A DNA stretch of 32,000 nucleotides from an uncultured Bacilli bacterium (lineage in GTDB: Bacteria; Bacillota_I; Bacilli_A; RF39; UBA660): the NCBI GenBank assembly GCA_947631155.1, contig CANRKG010000003.1, forward strand, positions 1 through 32,000, in the 5' to 3' direction. A program made the translations under genes and the position numbers. Below the pieces are notes generated by a model, which saw only the letters and a program-made list of their open reading frames with translations, searched no databases and was not told the origin of the DNA. Shown here piece after piece: positions 24,665-32,000 of this stretch; the stretch's first letter is position 1; every line of letters starts with the position of its first letter.

Positions 24665-25669
24665 ATGATGAGTGATTTGTCATTCTATGAAAAATTGAAA
24701 ATTTTTGTTGATGTCTCATCATCTTCAAAAATATCAATTGCGACAATAGGAATATTAATATTTTTAGCGTTCATACTTTTAACAGTTAATAAGAAAAATG
24801 CTAAAATAACTAAATTATTATTTTTAGGTATATATATAGTATTAATGCTAGTTATGTTTTTACAATATAATGACTCATTAAAAGAAATGTTTGAATACAT
24901 GATGAATAATTTCTTTATTGTCTTTTATTTTCCAAATGTTGCTATCTATTTAGCGGCAATTATTGCTACAAATATTATTTTATGGGTGACTATATTTAAT
25001 TTTAAAGAAGATAAATTACTAAAAGTACTTAATACCATTATTTACTGTATAATTCATTATTTACTTATATTAATTTTAAGTATAATTAGTAAAAAGAAAT
25101 TAGATATTTTCAGTCAAGCGGCCATTTATGGAAATAAAAATATCGCTGCTTTAATTAGTTTAACAAGTATTATTTTTATTACCTGGATTATCTTTTTAAT
25201 CATTTATAAGATTATAAGATCAACCCAAAAAGATAAAGATGCTGCTGTTGTAACTAAATATGTAGAAGTACCAGTAAAGAAAATTAATCCTAATATTATA
25301 GAGATTAAAGTACCTAATGTTGTAAAAGGAAATACTAAGAAAAAATTAGATATTGTACCAATTGTAGTACCTAATATTGTAAAAGGTAGTTTATCTAAGA
25401 AAGCTCCAGAAATTATTCCAGTAAAAGAAGTAGACTCTATTAACGATAGACAGGATTTAATTCAACAATATGAAAGTATGTTTACTTTAGAGGATTATAA
25501 AAAGGTCTTAGATATTCTAAAAAATGAAAATAATTTTAATACGCATCATAATGATAATACAGTTACAGTAGAAGAGTTTGATGAAGAACCAGTAGAAGAG
25601 GTTGTAGAATCAACAATTTCTTATGATAGTAATAATAGAACTAAATTAGATGAGTTATTAAATATATAA
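24665..25669 (+). CDS. Polytopic membrane protein of unknown function
   Basis: It has five or six hydrophobic helices in the first ~190 aa, then a Lys/Val/Pro-rich and acidic tail. I prefer the ATG at 24665 (GGGGG RBS, 6 nt spacing) over the TTG at 24659. Confidence 0.6.
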   Translation: MMSDLSFYEKLKIFVDVSSSSKISIATIGILIFLAFILLTVNKKNAKITKLLFLGIYIVLMLVMFLQYNDSLKEMFEYMMNNFFIVFYFPNVAIYLAAIIATNIILWVTIFNFKEDKLLKVLNTIIYCIIHYLLILILSIISKKKLDIFSQAAIYGNKNIAALISLTSIIFITWIIFLIIYKIIRSTQKDKDAAVVTKYVEVPVKKINPNIIEIKVPNVVKGNTKKKLDIVPIVVPNIVKGSLSKKAPEIIPVKEVDSINDRQDLIQQYESMFTLEDYKKVLDILKNENNFNTHHNDNTVTVEEFDEEPVEEVVESTISYDSNNRTKLDELLNI

Positions 25670-25689
25670 GTGTCTTTGACACTTTTTTT
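25668..25689 (+). terminator. Intrinsic terminator
   Basis: AAGTGTC / TTT / GACACTT followed by a T run; it overlaps the stop codon. Confidence 0.65.
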
Positions 25690-25743
25690 CTTTGTCTTTT
25701 AATTAAAAATAGGTTATAATTATTATAGGAAGTAGGTTAGGAT

Positions 25744-27834
25744 ATGGACATAAGTAATCTCAATGAATTTCAAAAGGAAGCAGTTTTATATAATCAAGGA
25801 CCTCTTCTAATTTTAGCAGGAGCTGGTAGTGGTAAAACACGCGTTTTAACAACAAAGATAGCATATTTAATAAAAGATTTAAATGTAAGTCCTTATAATA
25901 TTTTGGCTATTACATTTACTAATAAAGCAGCCCAAGAAATGAAGGAAAGATTAGATTTATTAGTTGGAATTGATTCTAAAAATATTCAGGTATCAACTTT
26001 TCATAGTTTTGGACTTAAAATACTTAGAGAAAATTGTGAAGCTTTGGGATATGATCGTAATTTTGTTATCATGGATAGTGATGACTCTTTAACCGTTGTA
26101 AAGAAAATATTAAAACAATTAGATTATGATCCTAAAGTATACAATCCTAGAGCTATTAGAAACAAAATTAGTAGTTGTAAAAATGAATTGATTTTACCAA
26201 ATAATTATGAAAAATACGCAGTTAGTGAATATGAAAAAGTAGTTTTAAAAGTATATGAGAAATATGAACAAAAATTAAAACAAAATAACTCAGTTGATTT
26301 TGATGATTTATTAATTCTACCAATTATTTTATTTAAAGATAATCCTGCAATTTTAGAAAAATATCAAGATAGATTTAAGTATATTTTAATTGATGAATAT
26401 CAAGACACAAATGAAGCTCAATATATTATATCAAAAATGATAGGAGCCAAATATAGAAATATTTGTTGTGTTGGTGATAATGATCAATCAATTTATTCAT
26501 TTAGAGGAGCAAATTATAAGAATATTTTAAATTTTGAAAAAGATTATAAAGATGCTAAGATAATTTTACTAGAAGAAAATTATCGTTCAACGCAAAATAT
26601 TTTAAAAGCGGCGAATAGTGTTATTAAAAATAATAAATCAAGGAAAGATAAAAATTTGTGGACTTCCAATAAGGAAGGGGAAAAAATTAATTATTATCGT
26701 GCATATAATGAAAGAGATGAAGCTCAATATGTTATTAGGAAAATAAAAGAATTAAGTAACAAAAATCTATCTTATCAGGATATGGCGATTTTATATAGAA
26801 CTAATGCTCAATCTCGTATTTTAGAAGAAGAATTACTAAAGGAAAATTTACCTTATCGAGTAGTTGGTAGTTTTTATTTCTATAGTCGTAAGGAAATAAA
26901 AGATTTAATTGCTTATTTAAGACTTATCCATAATAGTAAAGATAATGTTAGTTTAGTTCGAATTATAAATACTCCTAAAAGAGGAATTGGTCTAAAGACT
27001 ATAGAAAATTTAACTACAAAAGCAGATTTAGAAAATAAAAGTATTTATGAAGTTATATCATCAGGTAAAGAATTGGCATTTAAAGAAACCATAGAAAAAT
27101 TAAAAGTTTTATCTCAAGAATTAACCCTAACAGAATTAATTGATAAAGTATTAGATGCGACAGGTTTACGACAAGAGTTAGAATCAGAAAATACTTTAGA
27201 TAGTGAAATAAGATTAGAAAACTTAGAAGAATTTAAATCAATTACTAAATCTTTTGAAGAAAGAGAAGGTTTAATTTCATTAGAGGACTTTTTATTAGAA
27301 ATTAGTTTAATTAGTGATGTTGAAGAATATAAAGATGATACTAATCGCATCAGTTTAATGACAGTTCATTCTGTTAAAGGATTAGAATTTGATCATGTAT
27401 TTGTAGTTGGAATGGAAGAAGGAATTTTTCCACATATAAATTCATTAATGGAAGAAAGTGAATTAGAAGAAGAAAGAAGACTTTGTTATGTTGCTATTAC
27501 TAGAGCTAAGGAATGTCTATATTTAGTTAATGCTAAAAGAAGAACTTTATTTGGTAAGGATCAAATTAACCATCCAAGTAGATTTATTAGTGAAATAGAT
27601 AAAGAATTAATAAATAGTAATACTAACATAGAAGAAAAAGAGATAAAATTAGATAAAACAGAAGTGTTTAGAGATGAAGAGATAGATTATCAAGTAGGTG
27701 ATTATGTATATCATGAAACATTTGGAACTGGTCGAGTAGTAGAAGTTACTAATACTTTGGTAAGTGTTGCTTTTAAACATCCTCATGGTATAAAAAAATT
27801 AATGAAAAATCATAAGAAATTAACAAAAGTATAG
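25744..27834 (+). CDS. pcrA: ATP-dependent DNA helicase PcrA/UvrD
   Basis: It has AGAGSGKT (motif I), TFTNKAA, the DEYQDTN Walker B, the YRS, VHSVKGLEF and YVAITRA motifs, and a C-terminal GD.V.H..FG.G.V tail. Confidence 0.9.
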   Translation: MDISNLNEFQKEAVLYNQGPLLILAGAGSGKTRVLTTKIAYLIKDLNVSPYNILAITFTNKAAQEMKERLDLLVGIDSKNIQVSTFHSFGLKILRENCEALGYDRNFVIMDSDDSLTVVKKILKQLDYDPKVYNPRAIRNKISSCKNELILPNNYEKYAVSEYEKVVLKVYEKYEQKLKQNNSVDFDDLLILPIILFKDNPAILEKYQDRFKYILIDEYQDTNEAQYIISKMIGAKYRNICCVGDNDQSIYSFRGANYKNILNFEKDYKDAKIILLEENYRSTQNILKAANSVIKNNKSRKDKNLWTSNKEGEKINYYRAYNERDEAQYVIRKIKELSNKNLSYQDMAILYRTNAQSRILEEELLKENLPYRVVGSFYFYSRKEIKDLIAYLRLIHNSKDNVSLVRIINTPKRGIGLKTIENLTTKADLENKSIYEVISSGKELAFKETIEKLKVLSQELTLTELIDKVLDATGLRQELESENTLDSEIRLENLEEFKSITKSFEEREGLISLEDFLLEISLISDVEEYKDDTNRISLMTVHSVKGLEFDHVFVVGMEEGIFPHINSLMEESELEEERRLCYVAITRAKECLYLVNAKRRTLFGKDQINHPSRFISEIDKELINSNTNIEEKEIKLDKTEVFRDEEIDYQVGDYVYHETFGTGRVVEVTNTLVSVAFKHPHGIKKLMKNHKKLTKV

Positions 27835-27847
27835 AAAAGGAGGTATT

Positions 27848-28222
27848 ATGGAAAACAAACTAAAAGAAGGATATAATTTATTTATTAAAAGAGATGAAAA
27901 TAATAATTTAGTGGGAGTACTAAGTTTGAAAGAAAATGATGAAAATTATACAGATATTATACAATTAGAGATAGAACAACTTGAATCGTTAAGAGATTAC
28001 GCAACTGTTTATAATCAAATTTCAGAAGATTTTGCTTTATTTATTAGTTATCATCCAACAGAAAACGAATACTTTGTTTCAATTCAAAAGAAAGAAAATG
28101 GTGGCGAATACAATGATCAAATTATTTGGAATAACATTGTTGTTAGTACTAAAACTGATTTGTCAGTTGCGCTTCATAGATTAGAAGAAAAAATACATAC
28201 TAAATTAGAAGGAGTTGTTTAA
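27848..28222 (+). CDS. Hypothetical protein (124 aa)
   Basis: AAGGAGG RBS upstream, and the gene is tightly packed between pcrA and the nucleotidyltransferase gene. I recognise no motif. Confidence 0.55.
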   Translation: MENKLKEGYNLFIKRDENNNLVGVLSLKENDENYTDIIQLEIEQLESLRDYATVYNQISEDFALFISYHPTENEYFVSIQKKENGGEYNDQIIWNNIVVSTKTDLSVALHRLEEKIHTKLEGVV

Positions 28223-28223
28223 A

Positions 28224-29138
28224 ATGAAAAAAGATATTACATTAGTAATTTTAGCTGGGGGAATGGGAAGTAGATTTGGTGGCCTAAAACAAATTGAGCC
28301 AGTTGGACCTAGTGGAGAATTTATTATTGATTACGCTATTTACGATGCGGTAAAAGTAGGATTTAATAAGGTTGTATTTTTAATTAAAGAAGATAATTAT
28401 CAAGTATTTAAAGATACTATAGGAAAGCGTATAGAACCATATGTAAAAGTAGAATACAGTTTTCAAAAAAATGATAATTTACCCGATGAATATGCCGAAT
28501 TAAAAGCAAGACAAAAACCACTTGGAACTGCTCATGCTATACTTTGCTGTAAAGATAAAGTAGCTGAACCTTTTGCAATAATTAATGCTGATGATTTTTA
28601 TGGAAGAGATGCTTATTTAAAAGCTTATGAGTTTCTAAGTAAAGAACATGAAGAGGAAAAACATCATTATGGTTTGGTAGGTTATTTAGTTAAAAATACT
28701 CTTACTGATAAAGGGGCAGTTAAACGAGCAATTTGTGAAGTTTCTGATAATAAATTAACTAAATTAACAGAAAGTAGTGTTGAAAAAATTGGTAGTAAAA
28801 TTATCGCGACTCCACTTGATGGAAGTCCTGCTTTTGAGGTTTCTGATGATAGTTTAGTTTCCTTAAATATGATTTTGTTTGATCCATCCATATTTGATTA
28901 TCTTGAAAAAGCCTTTCCAAAATTCTTAGAAAATAGCCAAGATAATATATCTGATTGTGAATTTTTAATTCCTGATGTATTGTTTGATAGTATTGAAGAA
29001 AATTATGCTACTGTTGATGTATTAAGAACCACAGCAACATGGCATGGTGTAACTTATCGAGAAGATTTACCTAGTGTAAAAGAAGCTATTAAAGAATTAG
29101 TTTTAAATAAAGAATATAATGATGATTTGTGGAATTAG
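28224..29138 (+). CDS. Sugar-phosphate nucleotidyltransferase family protein
   Basis: It has the LAGGMGSRFGG.K N-terminal nucleotide-binding signature, KPLGTAHA and INADDFYG. I prefer the ATG at 28224 (AAGGAG RBS), which avoids overlap with the upstream stop at 28222. Confidence 0.7.
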   Translation: MKKDITLVILAGGMGSRFGGLKQIEPVGPSGEFIIDYAIYDAVKVGFNKVVFLIKEDNYQVFKDTIGKRIEPYVKVEYSFQKNDNLPDEYAELKARQKPLGTAHAILCCKDKVAEPFAIINADDFYGRDAYLKAYEFLSKEHEEEKHHYGLVGYLVKNTLTDKGAVKRAICEVSDNKLTKLTESSVEKIGSKIIATPLDGSPAFEVSDDSLVSLNMILFDPSIFDYLEKAFPKFLENSQDNISDCEFLIPDVLFDSIEENYATVDVLRTTATWHGVTYREDLPSVKEAIKELVLNKEYNDDLWN

Positions 29139-29172
29139 ATTTAATATGTTAAAATAAAAATGAGGTGATAAA

Positions 29173-29814
29173 ATGGAAAATAGAATTTATTCAAAGATGT
29201 TTAGTTGGCTATTTATTGGCCTATTAATTACATTTATATCAGGATATTGTTTATCTTTAAATCAAGTGCTATTGATGCAAGTATTAGCAATAGGAGTAAT
29301 ACCTATTATAGTTATAGAATTAGTTATTGCTTTTGCCATGGGATTATTCATTAAAAAATTAAGTCCTTTCATGACGAAACTATTTTATATATTATACTCT
29401 ATAGTAACAGGAATTACTTTTAGTACTATCTTCTTGACATATGAAATGAAATCTATAATTATGGTCTTCTTAGTAACAGCGGTACTTTTTGGTGCTTTAG
29501 CGTTATATGGTTATAAAACTAAAAAGGATATTACCAAAATAGGAACAATACTTTTTGTTATGCTTATAGCATCTTTAATAGTATCCTTATTAAATATATT
29601 TATATTTAGAAGTAGTAGTTTAGAATTAGGATTATCAATATTATGTATTGTAGTATTTTTAGGCTATGTTATTTATGATATGAATAATATTAAATATTTA
29701 GTAAATGTAATGGATGAGGATAAAGCAGCTGTGTATGGTGCTTTCCAACTATATTTAGATTTTATAAATATCTTTATTAGATTATTAGAATTATTTGGTA
29801 AGCGAGACGATTAA
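29173..29814 (+). CDS. Bax inhibitor-1/YccA-family membrane protein
   Basis: A 213-aa ORF with seven hydrophobic helices, YGYKTKKD and the C-terminal GAFQLYLDFINIFIRLLELFG motif characteristic of the family. Confidence 0.8.
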   Translation: MENRIYSKMFSWLFIGLLITFISGYCLSLNQVLLMQVLAIGVIPIIVIELVIAFAMGLFIKKLSPFMTKLFYILYSIVTGITFSTIFLTYEMKSIIMVFLVTAVLFGALALYGYKTKKDITKIGTILFVMLIASLIVSLLNIFIFRSSSLELGLSILCIVVFLGYVIYDMNNIKYLVNVMDEDKAAVYGAFQLYLDFINIFIRLLELFGKRDD

Positions 29815-29842
29815 TAATATCATATAAATTGGAGTTGATAAT

Positions 29843-30376
29843 ATGTCTAATAAATATTTCAGTTATTCTTTTCAAGTTCATCGTACTAGAAAAACTATTA
29901 TAATTTTTATAATCTTTGTGATTGTATTAGTAGGAGGTTTTCTTCTTTTTTATAGAAGTAAAAGACATATAGATAAAATTGATAAACTAAGCTATGATGT
30001 GGTGCTTGGAATGAATGAATTTGAAGATAACAGTTGTGACAAAATTTACAGAATGAGTTATAAAGAAAGTACTTGTGGAACAGTTTGTGTAAATGTATCC
30101 AAAAGTGATAAAAACTTTTTAAATACCACAAAAGACAATTTAAAAAAGAATGGTTTTACAGTTGGCAAAATAAAGGAAAAAGAAATTAACAAGAATAATT
30201 GGAGTTATTTTACAACCAGTAAAGCTACTCCTTCCATCAGTTATTATGCCATTGACTATGGTAATAAACTTTATAGTATAGAAATAATTAATCAAACAGA
30301 ATATTTGTCAAAAACTAAAGCCAAAGAATGTAATAAGGGATTTAATAAAATGCTTAAATCAATTAAATTAAAATAA
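29843..30376 (+). CDS. Hypothetical membrane-anchored protein (177 aa)
   Basis: It has a single N-terminal TM helix (IIIFIIFVIVLVGGFLLFY) followed by a soluble domain. I recognise no motif. Confidence 0.55.
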   Translation: MSNKYFSYSFQVHRTRKTIIIFIIFVIVLVGGFLLFYRSKRHIDKIDKLSYDVVLGMNEFEDNSCDKIYRMSYKESTCGTVCVNVSKSDKNFLNTTKDNLKKNGFTVGKIKEKEINKNNWSYFTTSKATPSISYYAIDYGNKLYSIEIINQTEYLSKTKAKECNKGFNKMLKSIKLK

Positions 30377-30396
30377 GAGTAAGGATACTCTTTTTT
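30375..30396 (+). terminator. Intrinsic terminator
   Basis: AAGAGTA / AGGA / TACTCTT followed by a T run. Confidence 0.6.
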
Positions 30397-30480
30397 ATTA
30401 GAAGTAAAATATAAAACATTTATTATACTATCTTTTTTTAATAATTATTAGTATAATATTGAATATATGGATGTGAGATA

Positions 30481-31503
30481 ATGAATAGTATTTATAACAT
30501 GGATATAGAAGAAATGGAAGAGTATTTTTTGCGCCATGACGATAAAAAATTTCATGCAGATCAATTGTTTAATTGGTTGTATGAAAAAAGAGTTTCGAGT
30601 TATGAAGAAATAACTAATATCAAAAAAGAAACATTAAATAATTTAAAACAAGAATATAGTCTTAGTAAATTAACTTTGGTAAATGTAGAAAAAGATACAG
30701 ATGTTAATAAATATTTATTTAAACTTAATGATGGACAACATATAGAAGCCGTACTAATGAATCATAATTATGGAAATAGTATTTGTGTTTCAAGTCAGGT
30801 TGGCTGTAATATGGGCTGTAAATTTTGTGAAAGTGGAAGAAGAAAAAAGGTAAGAAATTTAGAAACAGCGGAAATGGTTTTACAAATATTACAAGTAGAA
30901 GAAGATATAAAAGCAAGAATTAGTCATGTTGTAATCATGGGAATTGGTGAACCTTTTGATAATTATGATAATGTTTTACGTTTTATTAAAATTATAAATC
31001 ATCCTAAAGGTTTACAAATCGGAAGTAGACATATTACTATTTCTAGTTGTGGAATTGTGCCTAAAATAGAAGAATTTATGGATTTTCCTTATCAAGTCAA
31101 TTTGGCTATTTCTTTACATGCGCCAAATGACGAACTAAGAAGTAAGTTAATGCCTATTAATAAGGTTTATCCATTAGAACAATTAATGAATACTTTAAAA
31201 AAATATTTACAAAAAACAAATCGTAGGATTACTTTTGAATATATTTTATTAGATGGTATTAATGATCAAACAACTCATGCGGAACAATTATCTAAGTTAA
31301 TTAAAGGAATTAATGCTTATGTTAATTTAATACCATATAATGCTACAGATAATTTAGGATTTAATCGTAGTAAAACTATACAAATTATGAAATTTTATGA
31401 TATACTTAAGAAGAATAAGATTAATGTAACAATCAGACGTGAGTTTGGAAGTAAAATAAGCGCCGCATGTGGACAACTCAGAAGTAAGGAGGAGGCTTTA
31501 TGA
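30481..31503 (+). CDS. rlmN: 23S rRNA/tRNA (adenine-C2)-methyltransferase RlmN (radical SAM)
   Basis: It has a CNMGCKFCESG radical-SAM cluster, GIGEP, the LAISLHAP and IPYN motifs, and a C-terminal ACGQLR. It is followed by a PP2C phosphatase gene, the conserved Firmicute gene order. Confidence 0.9.
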   Translation: MNSIYNMDIEEMEEYFLRHDDKKFHADQLFNWLYEKRVSSYEEITNIKKETLNNLKQEYSLSKLTLVNVEKDTDVNKYLFKLNDGQHIEAVLMNHNYGNSICVSSQVGCNMGCKFCESGRRKKVRNLETAEMVLQILQVEEDIKARISHVVIMGIGEPFDNYDNVLRFIKIINHPKGLQIGSRHITISSCGIVPKIEEFMDFPYQVNLAISLHAPNDELRSKLMPINKVYPLEQLMNTLKKYLQKTNRRITFEYILLDGINDQTTHAEQLSKLIKGINAYVNLIPYNATDNLGFNRSKTIQIMKFYDILKKNKINVTIRREFGSKISAACGQLRSKEEAL

Positions 31504-32000
31504 AATCATTTTATCTTACAGATGCTGGAAAAGTACGAGATCACAATGAAGACAGTGTTATTATTGTTAAAAATGCCAATAACGACTATTTAATGGCAGT
31601 AGCAGATGGTATGGGAGGACATTCAGCAGGAGAAGTTGCTTCATCAATCGCTATTAGTTATTTAGGAAAACATTTTAATGAAACATTCTTAAATATGAGT
31701 AAAGTAGATTCTGTGAATTGGATAAGAGATTGTGTTAATGAAATTAATACACTAATATTCCAGTATGAAAAAAACCATCCTGAGAGTAAAGGAATGGGAA
31801 CAACTTTGGTTATGGCTATTTTAACAAAAGATTATTTATTATTTGGTAATATTGGAGATTCATCGGGATTTGTAATGAAAGATGATACACTTCATAAGGT
31901 TACGTATGATCATACTTTAGTTAATTTATTAGTGTCGGCTGGAGAACTTACAAAGGAAGAAGCTAAAGATCATCCGAAAAAAAATGTATTAATGAAAGCC
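31500..32000 (+). CDS. PP2C-family Ser/Thr protein phosphatase (Stp/PrpC-like), 5' part; runs off the window
   Basis: The product begins MKSFYLTDAGKVRDHNEDS...VADGMGGHSAGEVAS...GTTLV. Its ATG overlaps the rlmN stop (ATGA). Confidence 0.85.
   Translation, partial: MKSFYLTDAGKVRDHNEDSVIIVKNANNDYLMAVADGMGGHSAGEVASSIAISYLGKHFNETFLNMSKVDSVNWIRDCVNEINTLIFQYEKNHPESKGMGTTLVMAILTKDYLLFGNIGDSSGFVMKDDTLHKVTYDHTLVNLLVSAGELTKEEAKDHPKKNVLMKA

Noticed and set aside
25310-25395. Duplicated VPN[VI]VKG strings in the downstream membrane protein that resemble the adhesin's VPNTG sorting motif.
   Set aside because: They lack the Thr-Gly scissile pair and the hydrophobic/positive tail of a sorting signal. The resemblance is three residues within a short internal nucleotide duplication (GTACCTAAT.TTGTAAAAGG) and is most likely coincidental.
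4964-30916. Fourteen 62-94-aa ORFs in the track that lie antisense to, or nested within, longer ORFs: 4964..5221, 7309..7512, 8771..8959, 12061..12291, 12300..12488, 12843..13127, 13746..14012, 16921..17172, 17770..18009, 22044..22256, 24685..24900, 27114..27350, 28682..28891, 29907..30131, 30725..30916.
   Set aside because: All overlap well-supported genes on the opposite strand. They have no RBS and give low-complexity Ile/Leu/Phe/Ser-rich translations typical of antisense frames in AT-rich DNA. The shared peptide in 12300..12488 and 13746..14012 is simply the antisense of the duplicated recombinase segment.
1-32000. A scan for CRISPR arrays, tRNA/rRNA genes and IS-type transposases.
   Set aside because: I saw no regularly spaced short repeats, no tRNA-like GC-rich cloverleaf segments, no rRNA-like sequence, and no DDE or IS200/IS605-type transposase ORF. 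The only recombinases are the two serine recombinases.

Overview
This is an AT-rich, low-GC Bacillota-type chromosomal window. No tools were run: family calls rest on motifs I recognise in the supplied translations, and repeats and junctions were read by eye. The main result is that one minus-strand NitT/TauT-type ABC importer operon (SBP, ATPase, permease; 21833 down to 3276) has been interrupted twice by two unrelated large-serine-recombinase (LSR) elements.

(1) Element 1 is a 5.9-kb element (about 4396..10304) that splits the ATPase gene inside the LSGG-signature codons. A 10-bp direct repeat and terminal inverted repeats are readable, and removing the element restores the reading frame. 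It carries an FtsK-like coupling ATPase, a pC194/phiX174-type HUH Rep and an LSR. A GC-rich hairpin patch followed by a CTTGATA nick-site-like sequence lies between the FtsK-like gene and rep. There are no mating-pore genes, so it looks like an integrative mobilizable element.

(2) Element 2 is a roughly 10.1-kb composite insertion (about 11117..21236) that splits the substrate-binding-protein gene. It carries a deoD-like gene, an orphan ORF, a second LSR, an SDR oxidoreductase, a TetR regulator and a 1359-aa MMPL-type transporter whose second extracytoplasmic loop consists of about nine tandem ~75-aa repeats. It also contains a fossil duplicate of the small ORF, recombinase and SDR segment, collapsed by two microhomology deletions.

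Left flank (1..3244): three degenerate ~190-bp direct repeats punctuate a cassette-like array of two Bro-N/DinD-like genes (one N-terminally truncated) and an inositol-monophosphatase-family gene.

Right flank (22.0-32 kb): a thioester (TQxA)-type surface adhesin with three CnaB-like repeats and a VPNTG sorting signal, its overlapping sortase and a membrane protein. After these come housekeeping genes: pcrA, a nucleotidyltransferase, a BI-1/YccA-family protein, rlmN and the start of a PP2C phosphatase.

I saw no rRNA, tRNA or CRISPR array.
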